Position numbers and translations under genes: made by a program
The notes under the pieces: generated by a model
Seen by the model: only the letters and a program-made list of their open reading frames with translations
What the model was told of the DNA's origin: nothing
The model's database searches: none
Source: Candidatus Tenderia sp.
GTDB lineage: Bacteria; Pseudomonadota; Gammaproteobacteria; Tenderiales; Tenderiaceae
Reading direction: 5' to 3'
Length of the DNA stretch: 64,000 bases
Assembly: GCA_031416075.1 (NCBI GenBank)
Contig: JANOSY010000091.1
Coordinates: 46,237 to 110,236 of the forward strand
In this document: piece by piece, positions 43,390 through 53,069 of the stretch
Layout: each line of letters opens with the position of its first letter
How positions within the stretch are numbered: the first letter of the stretch is position 1

Positions 43390-43911
43390 ATGCAAAATGA
43401 CGATCAATTTGAATACGACGAACCCCAGGGCAAAAGCAAATCCCAGCTCAAACGGGAGATGACTGCCCTACAATCGCTTGGCACCCAGCTGGTCAGACTC
43501 TCCAATAAAGAGCTAAGCCATATCCCCCTGCCGGAAAAACTGGCCGAGGCGATCAAACTGGCCCGCACCATCAACAGCAACAGCGGCCTACGGCGACAGA
43601 TGCAGTACATCGGCCGCCTGATGCGCGAGATCGACGCAGACCCCATTCAACAGGCCTACGACCTGCTGATCAGCGGCAAACAGGCGTCAACCCAGCAGTT
43701 CCACAACGTTGAAATCTGGCGCGACAACATCATCGCCAATGGCGAGAGCGCCATCGAAACGTTTCTCGCCGACCACCCCAACGCAGAGCGGCAACGACTA
43801 CGCCAACTACTGCTCAACATCAAAAAAGAGCAGGACAAAAACCAGCCCCCCAAGTCAGCGCGGCTGCTGTACCGTTATCTGCGCGAACTGCTGGAACCCG
43901 GCGCGGAGTAA
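43390..43911 (+). CDS. yjgA: Ribosome biogenesis factor YjgA (DUF615)
   Basis: KSKSQLKREM..LQ.LG, RRQMQYIGRLMR, WRD. Confidence 0.95.
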   Translation: MQNDDQFEYDEPQGKSKSQLKREMTALQSLGTQLVRLSNKELSHIPLPEKLAEAIKLARTINSNSGLRRQMQYIGRLMREIDADPIQQAYDLLISGKQASTQQFHNVEIWRDNIIANGESAIETFLADHPNAERQRLRQLLLNIKKEQDKNQPPKSARLLYRYLRELLEPGAE

Positions 43912-43974
43912 GAGTAACACGCACACCCCCCAGACAGCATCACCAGCGGCCTACAACACCCATCTTTAACCTCA

Positions 43975-44043
43975 TCACCACTCCGCCAGCAGCCCAAAAA
44001 GCGGGGTGCCGGTAAGTGCTGTGAGCTTTTTTACGCGGATCAT
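43975..44043 (-). pseudogene. Truncated relic of a second ankyrin immunity lipoprotein gene (signal peptide only)
   Basis: MIRVKKLTALTGTPLFGLLAEW* vs MPPFKRLLTLTSTLLFGLLAACG; 31/36 nt identity between 43983-44018 and 44797-44832. Confidence 0.65.
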
Positions 44044-44071
44044 CGCGGCGGCTGGCCCGGCAGGCGACTCA

Positions 44072-44857
44072 TCACGGTTTTTCGCCACGCCGCTCTTTCT
44101 CCCGGACCTCATCGGGCGACAGGGGTGGGAACACCACACCACGATCCACCAGTTGCTGCTTAACCTTGAGCGCCCAGCCGTAGGCGGGGTATTGGGGGCT
44201 GAGCAGATTTTTTGACAATTTGAAATAGACCTCCCAGGCGACATTGGTCTTAACTGAGTCACGGGCCTCATAATCCGCCCCCTGTTCAATCAGGTAGTGC
44301 ACAATCTCATATTTGTTCAGATACGCCGCATCCAAAACGCTATTTTTATTCATCCTGTTTTTTAGATTGATATCCGCCCCAAAACGGATCAGCATTTTCA
44401 TCTGTTCAAAGCTCTCCCCCCCTATGGCACTAAACAGCGCGGGATCACCATTACTATCTAGGGAATTGGCATCCCCCCCCCCTTCCAGCAGGATCAACAG
44501 AAACTCACCATCATCCCAACCCGCCACCAACCCTACCGGCGTATCCCCATCAGGATCGGCCAGATTGGGATCAGCCCCAAGCTTAAGCGCCAACCGCATG
44601 GCCGGTTTGTCTTTTTGGGTAATCAGCCAGAAGAGCGGGGTAATACCTGCATTGCCATGCAGGTTAAGGGTGGCCCCTTGGGCAATCAGCTGGCGGGCCT
44701 TGGTTTCGTCGCCCTGTTCAATGGCCTGGACCAGCGCCACTACGTCGTCGGTAAAAAAGTCGGTCAGTTTCATCGTTTTTCCTGTCGCTCCACACGCCGC
44801 CAGCAGACCAAAAAGCAGGGTACTGGTGAGTGTTAATAGTCGTTTAAAGGGGGGCAT
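44072..44857 (-). CDS. Ankyrin-repeat lipoprotein, putative cognate immunity protein
   Basis: Lipobox LAAC; ankyrin repeats GITPL, GDTPV, GDPAL, GADIN; immediately downstream of the lipase. Confidence 0.85.
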   Translation of the reverse strand: MPPFKRLLTLTSTLLFGLLAACGATGKTMKLTDFFTDDVVALVQAIEQGDETKARQLIAQGATLNLHGNAGITPLFWLITQKDKPAMRLALKLGADPNLADPDGDTPVGLVAGWDDGEFLLILLEGGGDANSLDSNGDPALFSAIGGESFEQMKMLIRFGADINLKNRMNKNSVLDAAYLNKYEIVHYLIEQGADYEARDSVKTNVAWEVYFKLSKNLLSPQYPAYGWALKVKQQLVDRGVVFPPLSPDEVREKERRGEKP

Positions 44858-44871
44858 AGCTGTTCTCCTTG

Positions 44872-46290
44872 CTACCCAGAGAGGGTCTGGATGTCTTGCT
44901 GTTTTTGCGCCTCGATGCCCTCCAGCACCTGGTCCATGCCGTGGCGGGTCACGGGGTTGCCACCCCGGACGCTGGGCAGCGGTGCCATCTGCCCCACCGC
45001 CTGGGGCACGTCGGGCAGCGCCCGCCCCGCCAGCAACCCCAGCGCCGCCCCCACCGGCCCGCCCATCAGTGCGCCGACCCCGGTGGTGATGCCGGTCAGA
45101 GCGGTATTACCGTGGCGCTGGGCACCGGTCAGTACCTCGCCATCCACGGCGCGGGTCTGGATCAACCGCCCCACCTGTTCATTAGCCATACCTCCGGCAC
45201 GGCCTGCCGTATTGGGATGCAGACCAGCGGAGTTGAAGGTGTACGCCTGAATGCCGGTGACCGCCGTGCCCGCCGAGGCTAGACCACCTCCTAGGGAGTG
45301 GCCCGCTATTACAAAATCTCCAATGGAACTTCGTTGAGCTGCTTGGGCCAACCTCATCGCCTGACTGTATTGAGCCGTCTCCAACCCGCCTCCCTGAGCA
45401 GCATTGGTTTTCCAGTCCGCCCACCCAGTGACCGCATTGTTGGTGCCCCGATAGGTGAGCAGGGTTTCGCCGTTAATCTCTGATTTAAAGAGCGCTGCGC
45501 CAAAACCGGTTTTTTTGTCGGTAAAGACCGCATCCTCCAGCCCCGGCACTTGCGCCGGGTTGACTATCTTTAAGCCGACGGGGGGCTTGGGGAGTGTGGT
45601 GGTGTGGCCACGGTTGAACTCATCCAGCGGATAGACATAGGCAGCAGCTTCGGCACGGATGATGTTGTCGTTGTTATCGAGCAGCCGCGCCGCTGCGGCC
45701 TGCTGGGCGGGGCTGTTGCCAGCACCGGCGGCCAGGGTTTTGCGGCTCTGGTAGCGCTGCTGGCGGGCCTCTACGTCACTGAGGGGTTTGGGCTTGAAGG
45801 GGTCATAAGGTTCGATACCCATGTTGCACCGCTGGTCCGAGGCCCTCAGTGGCTCATACTCCACCGGCGGCCGGGGGGGCAGATGGTGGTTACGGTTATG
45901 TGGGGGTATCCAGCTTTGTAGCGGGATGGCGGCCAGCTGACCACGGCCGAGCAGGTCGATGACCATCTGCCGGGCCTCCGCCGCGGCAAAGGGTTTGCCG
46001 TCGAAGGTGCCCCAGCCCAATTTGCGAAAGGGGAGAAAGTCGTTGTCATACAGCACATTCCACCACCCCTTTTTGTAGGTGTAGCTCATGAATACCAATT
46101 CATCGATAAAGCGCTCAACCGCCTGTATATCGGCAAAGGTTTTGATGGGGAAGAGAGAGTCTGTATGGTAACAGGGCCGGGCTATGCAGTAGACCCGACC
46201 GCTTTTGTCGTATGCCCCGTAGTGATCCAGCGCAAACTCGTTGTCATGCCTGTCAGAAAATTCGTTGCGCCATGCTTTATCAATCGGCAC
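44872..46290 (-). CDS. Putative T6SS Tle-type phospholipase effector (DUF2974/lipase-like) with unknown N-terminal domain
   Basis: YRGT, DWKTN, GHSLGGGLA, TFNSAG, C-terminal RHGM; no signal peptide; paired with a lipoprotein. Confidence 0.8.
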   Translation of the reverse strand: MPIDKAWRNEFSDRHDNEFALDHYGAYDKSGRVYCIARPCYHTDSLFPIKTFADIQAVERFIDELVFMSYTYKKGWWNVLYDNDFLPFRKLGWGTFDGKPFAAAEARQMVIDLLGRGQLAAIPLQSWIPPHNRNHHLPPRPPVEYEPLRASDQRCNMGIEPYDPFKPKPLSDVEARQQRYQSRKTLAAGAGNSPAQQAAAARLLDNNDNIIRAEAAAYVYPLDEFNRGHTTTLPKPPVGLKIVNPAQVPGLEDAVFTDKKTGFGAALFKSEINGETLLTYRGTNNAVTGWADWKTNAAQGGGLETAQYSQAMRLAQAAQRSSIGDFVIAGHSLGGGLASAGTAVTGIQAYTFNSAGLHPNTAGRAGGMANEQVGRLIQTRAVDGEVLTGAQRHGNTALTGITTGVGALMGGPVGAALGLLAGRALPDVPQAVGQMAPLPSVRGGNPVTRHGMDQVLEGIEAQKQQDIQTLSG

Positions 46291-46356
46291 TTGTCACCCC
46301 TCCCTGTTGAGCCCTTACCACTATTCACGTGAGCACTACTTTAATATATCAATTCG

Positions 46357-47802
46357 TTACGCGGTTGTACCCCCCACCGTCAGTCCATCAATGCGTAATG
46401 TTGGCTGGCCCACACCCACCGGCACACTCTGCCCCTCTTTACCGCAGGTACCCACCCCTTCATCCAAACGCAGGTCGTTACCCACCATGCTGACACGGGT
46501 TAAGACATCAGGACCATTGCCGATCAGGGTGGCCCCCTTGACCGGATAGGTCACTTTGCCGTTTTCGATCATGTAGGCCTCGCTGGCGGAGAAGACAAAT
46601 TTGCCGGAGGTGATATCCACCTGTCCACCACCAAAGTTCACCGCATAGAGGCCGCGCTCTACCGAGGCGATAATCTCTTCCGGGGTCTGTTGTCCCGGCA
46701 GCATGTAGGTATTGGTCATACGTGGCATGGGCAGATGGGCGTAGGATTCACGGCGACCGTTGCCGGTGGCCTTTACCCCCATCAGCCGGGCGTTCATCTT
46801 GTCCTGCATGTAGCCCTTGAGTATGCCGTTTTCGATCAGGGTGGTGCACTGGCTCGGTGTCCCTTCATCATCCACATTGAGGGAGCCGCGTCGCCCCGGC
46901 AGGGTGCCATCATCCACGACGGTACAGAGTTCGGAGGCGACTTTTTGCCCTACACGACCGCTGAAGGCGGAGGTGCCTTTGCGGTTAAAGTCACCTTCAA
47001 GGCCATGGCCAATCGCTTCGTGCAGCAGAATGCCGGGCCAGCCAGCCCCCAGCACTACCTGCATGGTGCCGGCGGGGGCGGGGCGGGCATCTAGATTGAC
47101 CAGCGCCTGGCGCACCGCTTCACGGGCATAGCCCAAGCCACGGTCGGCGTCGCTGAAGAAGGTATAACCACTGCGGCCACCACCACCGGCGGAACCCTGC
47201 TCGCGCCGGTCGCCATCTTCCACCACGACGGAGACGCTGAGCCGCACCAGTGGCCGGACGTCGGCGGCAAAGGTGCCATCACTGGCGGCCACCAGCATCA
47301 CTTTGTGGGAGCCTGCCAGACTCACCATCACCTGTTTTACCCGTGGGTCCTGGCGGCGCGCCTCGGCGTCAATCGCCTCCATCAATGCCACCTTCTCCTC
47401 TTCACGCAGGGTGTCAAAGGGTTGATCGGGGGTATAAAGTCGCTCCCGCGCCGGGTTCTGCACCCACCCCTGCACGCTGCCCCGTGAACCGCTCTGGGCG
47501 ATGGCCCGTGCACTCAGTGCCGCTTCATTCAGTGCTGGCAGGTAGATCTCATCAGAGTAGGCAAAGCCGGTCTTTTCGCCGCTGATGGCACGCACCCCCA
47601 CACCCCGTTCGATGCTGTAGGTTCCATCTTTGACAATGCCATCTTCCAGCGACCACGACTCAAACCGGCTATTTTCAAAATAGAGGTCTGCACTGTCCAC
47701 TGCGTGTCCCATGACGGTACTCAGTACCTGCTGTAACTGGGTCTCATCGATCCCCGCCGGTACCAAAATCAGATCGCGGGCAATATCGAGGTTATGGCTC
47801 AT
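46357..47802 (-). CDS. tldD: Metalloprotease TldD
   Basis: [38 protein letters not shown]. Confidence 0.98.
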   Translation of the reverse strand: MSHNLDIARDLILVPAGIDETQLQQVLSTVMGHAVDSADLYFENSRFESWSLEDGIVKDGTYSIERGVGVRAISGEKTGFAYSDEIYLPALNEAALSARAIAQSGSRGSVQGWVQNPARERLYTPDQPFDTLREEEKVALMEAIDAEARRQDPRVKQVMVSLAGSHKVMLVAASDGTFAADVRPLVRLSVSVVVEDGDRREQGSAGGGGRSGYTFFSDADRGLGYAREAVRQALVNLDARPAPAGTMQVVLGAGWPGILLHEAIGHGLEGDFNRKGTSAFSGRVGQKVASELCTVVDDGTLPGRRGSLNVDDEGTPSQCTTLIENGILKGYMQDKMNARLMGVKATGNGRRESYAHLPMPRMTNTYMLPGQQTPEEIIASVERGLYAVNFGGGQVDITSGKFVFSASEAYMIENGKVTYPVKGATLIGNGPDVLTRVSMVGNDLRLDEGVGTCGKEGQSVPVGVGQPTLRIDGLTVGGTTA

Positions 47803-47820
47803 GGGCTAACACTCCTTAAT

Positions 47821-48654
47821 TTAATCATGGCAACCACAGCGCAGGCGGCGGTGGCTGATGGCGGGCAGGTTGTGGCGAATGCGGGTAAGTTTGTCACGGT
47901 CGATGTCGGCGATGACCACGCCGGAGCCACGGGGCAGACGGTCCATCACCTGGCCCCAGGGGTCCACAATCATGCTGTCACCATGGGTCTCACGGCCATT
48001 GAGATGATAGCCGCCCTGATCTGCCGCCACCACGTAACAGAGGTTTTCAATGGCGCGGGCGCGAACCAGGATCTCCCAGTGGGCTTTGCCGGTTCTGGCG
48101 GTAAAAGCGGAGGGGAGCAGCAGCAGCTCCATCCCTTTGTCGAGCATGGCCCGAAACTGCTCGGGAAAACGGAGGTCGTAGCAGATGCCCAGGCCGATCC
48201 GGCCAAAGGGCGAGTCAACCACCACCACTTCGCCTCCTGCCTCGATGGTATCGGATTCGGTGTAACGCTCGCTCCCCTCTTCCAGCGATACATCAAAGAG
48301 GTGCATCTTGTCATAACGCGCCACCTGTTTGCCTTTGCTGTCGTAGAGCAGGCAGGCCGCCCGGATCTTGTTTTCATCCTCGGATATCAACGGGATGGTG
48401 CCACCCGCCAGCCAGACTTTATGTTTAACCGCCTGCCGGGAGAGAAACGTCTGTATTGGCCCGTCCCCCATCGTCTCACCAATAGCGACCTTATCCTGCT
48501 CCCGCAGCCCCATGATGGCAAAGTTTTCCGGCAGCACCACCAATCCGGCACCAGCCTTGGCGGCCTGCGATATCAACCGCGCCGCTTCCAGCAGGTTGGC
48601 GTTGACGTTTGGCCCACTGGCCATCTGAATTGCGGCAATACGGTTACGGCTCAT
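47821..48654 (-). CDS. Carbon-nitrogen hydrolase (Nit1-like amidase)
   Basis: LPENF, YDKMHLFD, ICYDLRFPE. Confidence 0.95.
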   Translation of the reverse strand: MSRNRIAAIQMASGPNVNANLLEAARLISQAAKAGAGLVVLPENFAIMGLREQDKVAIGETMGDGPIQTFLSRQAVKHKVWLAGGTIPLISEDENKIRAACLLYDSKGKQVARYDKMHLFDVSLEEGSERYTESDTIEAGGEVVVVDSPFGRIGLGICYDLRFPEQFRAMLDKGMELLLLPSAFTARTGKAHWEILVRARAIENLCYVVAADQGGYHLNGRETHGDSMIVDPWGQVMDRLPRGSGVVIADIDRDKLTRIRHNLPAISHRRLRCGCHD

Positions 48655-49118
48655 TGCAACTCCACTTCATCCTGAACAGCGTCGGGTATCACCTCAACGG
48701 CCCCCCCTACGCTGCTGTTTTGTTCAACTGTTTGTTCATCGTCCAGCACTACTTCGCTCTCCGCCACGGCTGACGCAACCACGATGACGGCCACGCCATC
48801 ATCACGCTCATATCCGCCACGCAGTTCAACCCGGTCAGAGGATATGCCCAGCGATACCAGCCAGGCCTGCAGCTCCAACCCCCACACCTCCCCCGATTCA
48901 GTATCAGGGTAGTGCAGAACCAAGTAGGCATCCGGCTCAACCCAGAGCTGCTGCGCGGCTATTTTCAGCGGCGTTTGTGTCAGCAACTGGTCGGCATGGC
49001 GGGGCATGGTCCAGAACTCGGCACCCACCACCATGATCCGCTGTTCGGCGGCATGAAGGGGTGACAAAAACCATCCCGATATCAGTATAAGGGGGAGAAC
49101 GAGAGTGACAGATTTCAT
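48651..49118 (-). CDS. Secreted hypothetical protein with acidic tail
   Basis: Signal peptide; YP..E.G..W..EL..WLVSLGI...RV; ATGA overlap with the downstream gene. Confidence 0.75.
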   Translation of the reverse strand: MKSVTLVLPLILISGWFLSPLHAAEQRIMVVGAEFWTMPRHADQLLTQTPLKIAAQQLWVEPDAYLVLHYPDTESGEVWGLELQAWLVSLGISSDRVELRGGYERDDGVAVIVVASAVAESEVVLDDEQTVEQNSSVGGAVEVIPDAVQDEVELQ

Positions 49119-49160
49119 GGCGCTAAGAGTACCATCAAATATGGGGTTAATGGCAGCGGA

Positions 49161-52100
49161 CTACTCCTGTGGCACCATGACAGGCGCATCCCAACTGCCC
49201 GTCACGCGGTAGCGAATTCCGGTGGCCTGATCAATTTTAGATTTCAACAATTTCTCCACCAGCAGGACTGCCGCGCCCACCACCACACCACCAATCACCG
49301 CACCGGCCAATGGCAAACCTGATGTGATGTGTGGCATCACATGGAGCTGCTGATCATAATCACGCGCCACCAGCCCAACACGCCCCTGTAGCTCAACTTT
49401 GGCGCTGGGTCCGTCGAGTTCAAAATCATTGGTCACAGCATTGCCATTTTTAAAATTAAAGTGACCACGCATATAATCAAATGCCAACCCTTTACCAAAC
49501 AGGTCGGAGAAGTCGAGTGTCAGCCGCCGTGGTAACGCCTGCACACTGAGTAGGCCAAACAGCCGCCCGGCCCCCGGCTCCACCTCCAGCAGTTGACCAT
49601 CCTCAATATCAAACTTGACCGATCCTTCAAGCCGGGCAACCGTGGGGTCGACAATAGCACCACTCCAGTTAAGATCCACAACGCTGCTGCCGGCACCCTT
49701 TTTGACGGTTTCTACATAGCCAAACCCCGCCAGCAGTTCACCCAGATTATGGATGTCGATGGTCCCGCCCAGATGGGAGGTCTGTTTTCCATCGCCGCTC
49801 TGCAGCCAGCGCCCCTGCAGTTTGGCGCTGGCGGTTGCTGAGGCAAGGTTCAGCGACTCAATGTTCATGCCGCTGTCGCGGCGTGTTGTCAGCAACGCCA
49901 TCGTACCCAGTGCCGCATTGCCAAACCGGGTATCCGCACTATTGATTTGCAGGGGGGGCAATTTACGCGGGTCAACGGGTTTGGTCACCGAACGCGGCGC
50001 TGTTTTTTTGCTTTTATCTTCGTCCGCAACGGTGATGTACAGGCGTGCCAGCGTCATCTCCAACGGGTATCGCCAATCATCGGGCAGGAGTATCTTGCCC
50101 ACCAGCTCCCGGCTTTCGACCTGGAACCGCCAGGCGTTGGTGGTGTGTTGTCCCTGCAGCTGTACTTTGTGCAGCGGCTGACCAAAAACCGTGGCACGGT
50201 CAAAACCGACATCGATCTCGGTCACTGCCGTGGTCTGGGTATCTTTCCTGGCGCTCGCCGCCCTGTTGCCGTCCGTATCACCCGCTGTATCGGGGAACAG
50301 GATTGGCTGCCACGCCTTATAGTCAAAATGGGCCAGATTACCGGCCACCCGAAAGCCCGCTGTTGTCGGTAATGTTGCCCGCTGTCCCAACCGCAGTTCA
50401 GCACGCTGCAGGTATGAACCCTTATCATCGTGGCGCTGCTCAAACAGGCCTGAGAGCTGTGTATTGCCGTAATCCAGCTTCCAGACGGTTTTTTTGCTGT
50501 CAAACTCGGCCAGCAGCACCAATGGACGTGGCTCTGCTGACGGTTTGCCTATGGGTGCGGGCACTCCTACCGTCATGCCTTGTAGTGACGAACGTATCTG
50601 CAGCGTCGGCGCTGTGTTATCACGAGGTAGATCGAGCCGTGCCTGCCACTCACTCTCACCATTCAGAAAAGGGAAGATGGGCAGCTCTATCCGTGTTGAT
50701 AGTGCCGAGAGACGACTCTCGCCCTGTGCCTCAATAATAAAGTCACCGCTGTTTTTGGGGGACTTTGCCGTGCTGATTGCCACTATGGCAGGCTGCCCCA
50801 ATACCTCAGCGGTCAGCCGCTCGGCACTCACTGTGTGGTCGGTAAAGGCCAACTTGCCATTCACTGCCGCCAGATCAACACCGTACTGTTTCAGGTTCAT
50901 GGCGCTATTACTAAAATCAACCCAGCCACGGGTGGTAATCGGTTCATCACCTGCCAATGGCACATCAAGGTTCAACCCCAGCGTGCTATTACCACTGGCC
51001 TCGTTACCGTCTATCAGTGGCCCAAAGTGGCTATGCAGCGGACTCTGTTGCAAAAACCGGAGTAGGTCCGCCGTTGCCCCACGGCTCTCGCCGGTCAATG
51101 TTAAATGTGCAGGATGGGCCGCAAAATCAGCGATCGCAACCGTGACACTTTTAATGTTGGTGTCAAACAGATTGCCACTGCGCCCATTCACCGTCATGGA
51201 GTTGCCGGCAAACTGAACGTCTGCCACCGCCCGCTCAATACGCGGCCACCCCTCGGCATAATCAACAATGGCATCAGCAACCTTGAAGCTGACATCAAAA
51301 CGGCCTGAGCCATCCACAAACGGAAATTGCCAGAGCGGCCCACGCAATACCATAGCCCCCTCACTCACCCGGCCCGCGACAATGCCACGGTCAAGCCACG
51401 CCACGGTCTTCTCGTTCATGATACCCACAGGCAGATAGCGTGAAGTCATGGCACCATTGCCACGAATGATCCGGGCCTGCAGATCCACCTGCGGAGAGGT
51501 GTCGCCAGCAGGCAACTCAATACTGCCTTGCAGCTCTGCCGCCAGATCCTGGTTGCCGATATTGAGTTGCCGCAGCTGTATCTGCCAACCATCACCACCC
51601 TGTTGCCAGGCCAGCTGCCCGCCTAGCGTATCTACGGATAACCGCTCACGAAACAGACCTTGGGTATCGATGCTCGCGGCCACGCTATTCAGATTGATCA
51701 GACCACTCTGCTGGTCGACATTGAAGTTAAGATCGACTCCCTCAAACCCTGGCACTTTTTTCCACGGTTTAACGCCCAGATTTTCAGCCCGTGCCCGCAT
51801 AAAATAGCGCGGCGGCCCATCGGGCTTAAGCTGCAGTTTAAGATAGGCGTCGCGCAGATCGCCACGCGGCTGTAACTGTGCCAGCCGCTGCTGCCACTCT
51901 GCCGAGAGCAGAGTGCTGTTAAACGCCAGTTCGGTCAGCGTCTCTATCCTGGCAAAGCTGCTGGCAATCTCTACCGTCTTTTGACCCTCTTTCAACCACT
52001 GGGCTACGTGCAGGCGGGCCAACGGCTGGCCGCTACCCAGCTGCAAGTGCTCCACCTCCAGCTGCCACGCCGTACTGTCCCCCTGCCACACAAAGCTCCC

Positions 52101-53021
52101 CGCCAAGGCGGGCATCTGCTTAACAAGCGCATCACCCTCTTTCTCCAAATCATGCGCCAGATAAAAGTCGTGCAGCCCCAGATTACCCCGTAGCTCACGC
52201 AGTTGTTGCGTCTGCCAACGCCCCCACAACTCAAGGTCAGCACTACCATTCACCACCGAGGTGCCCAGGGCCGGACGATCCACTAACCACTGCGCCAGAC
52301 GCAACTGCGCCCCTTTAAAATAAAAATCGACCTGCAACTCTTCCAGACGATCAATATCGCCGAGGGCGTCAATCCGCACTGTCACCGCCCCTCCCATGGT
52401 CTCGGGCAGCACTAGACTCCCCTCCAGAAGATGGCGGTCACCTCTATTATAAATACGCAGATTGGTCTGGCTAAACGCCAGATGGGCACCACTATTTTCG
52501 TCACGCCAACGGATCTGACTATCTTTTAGTGCCAGTCTTGGCTGACGTAATAACCACTTCATGCCTCCGCTGTTCTGGTTATCGAGGGGCTGCTGCGCAA
52601 AGTTAACCCCTTCAATGGCATATTCACCATCACTGCGCCGCACAACATTTAACGCCACCCCGACCAGGGTCAGATCACCAAGCTCCAGTTGCCGCTCATA
52701 TATAGAGTTAGGCAGCGCGATATCGATATAAGCCGTTGCGAAGCTGAGCAGTTCATTGTTGCCACTGGAATCAAATAGTTTTACCCCATGCAGCTCCAGA
52801 CGCGGCCCCCAACCGTGCCAGCCAACCTTTATGCGTTCAATCGTGACCGGCTGACCAATCACGATGCTCGCCTCTGCCTCCAGTGCTTGCCGATGATCTT
52901 CAAGCTGAGGCAGGAAAAGGCGCGCCGCTGAAATGGCGATGGCGAATAGAACAACCATCCCGGCACTCCACCACCAGGTGTGCCGTGACAACGTCGCCAA
53001 GACCTTAAGGGTATATTTCAT
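49161..53021 (-). CDS. yhdP: YhdP (AsmA-like clan) phospholipid bridge protein
   Basis: 1286 aa; RYLP..IM....WL; GAGRLFGLLS.QALPRRLTLDFSD; Y.VTGSWDAP; rng-yhdP-tldD synteny. Confidence 0.94.
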   Translation of the reverse strand: MKYTLKVLATLSRHTWWWSAGMVVLFAIAISAARLFLPQLEDHRQALEAEASIVIGQPVTIERIKVGWHGWGPRLELHGVKLFDSSGNNELLSFATAYIDIALPNSIYERQLELGDLTLVGVALNVVRRSDGEYAIEGVNFAQQPLDNQNSGGMKWLLRQPRLALKDSQIRWRDENSGAHLAFSQTNLRIYNRGDRHLLEGSLVLPETMGGAVTVRIDALGDIDRLEELQVDFYFKGAQLRLAQWLVDRPALGTSVVNGSADLELWGRWQTQQLRELRGNLGLHDFYLAHDLEKEGDALVKQMPALAGSFVWQGDSTAWQLEVEHLQLGSGQPLARLHVAQWLKEGQKTVEIASSFARIETLTELAFNSTLLSAEWQQRLAQLQPRGDLRDAYLKLQLKPDGPPRYFMRARAENLGVKPWKKVPGFEGVDLNFNVDQQSGLINLNSVAASIDTQGLFRERLSVDTLGGQLAWQQGGDGWQIQLRQLNIGNQDLAAELQGSIELPAGDTSPQVDLQARIIRGNGAMTSRYLPVGIMNEKTVAWLDRGIVAGRVSEGAMVLRGPLWQFPFVDGSGRFDVSFKVADAIVDYAEGWPRIERAVADVQFAGNSMTVNGRSGNLFDTNIKSVTVAIADFAAHPAHLTLTGESRGATADLLRFLQQSPLHSHFGPLIDGNEASGNSTLGLNLDVPLAGDEPITTRGWVDFSNSAMNLKQYGVDLAAVNGKLAFTDHTVSAERLTAEVLGQPAIVAISTAKSPKNSGDFIIEAQGESRLSALSTRIELPIFPFLNGESEWQARLDLPRDNTAPTLQIRSSLQGMTVGVPAPIGKPSAEPRPLVLLAEFDSKKTVWKLDYGNTQLSGLFEQRHDDKGSYLQRAELRLGQRATLPTTAGFRVAGNLAHFDYKAWQPILFPDTAGDTDGNRAASARKDTQTTAVTEIDVGFDRATVFGQPLHKVQLQGQHTTNAWRFQVESRELVGKILLPDDWRYPLEMTLARLYITVADEDKSKKTAPRSVTKPVDPRKLPPLQINSADTRFGNAALGTMALLTTRRDSGMNIESLNLASATASAKLQGRWLQSGDGKQTSHLGGTIDIHNLGELLAGFGYVETVKKGAGSSVVDLNWSGAIVDPTVARLEGSVKFDIEDGQLLEVEPGAGRLFGLLSVQALPRRLTLDFSDLFGKGLAFDYMRGHFNFKNGNAVTNDFELDGPSAKVELQGRVGLVARDYDQQLHVMPHITSGLPLAGAVIGGVVVGAAVLLVEKLLKSKIDQATGIRYRVTGSWDAPVMVPQE

Positions 53022-53069
53022 ACAATCAGACAGAGTCGATGCAGCACTATCCGTGATATCGAATCACGC

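Noticed and set aside
43975-44289. 104-aa ORF overlapping the ankyrin gene
   Set aside because: Alternative-frame overlap; only the last 22 codons (signal-peptide relic) are meaningful
44473-44482. G10 tract in the immunity gene as a phase-variation switch
   Set aside because: In frame (Gly codons), and C8-C9 runs also occur in housekeeping genes trpD and hisF, so homopolymers are background here
47794-48675. Long antisense ORFs (also 30520-31209, 44313-45089, 50494-51216)
   Set aside because: Shadows of well-conserved minus-strand genes with no recognisable motifs
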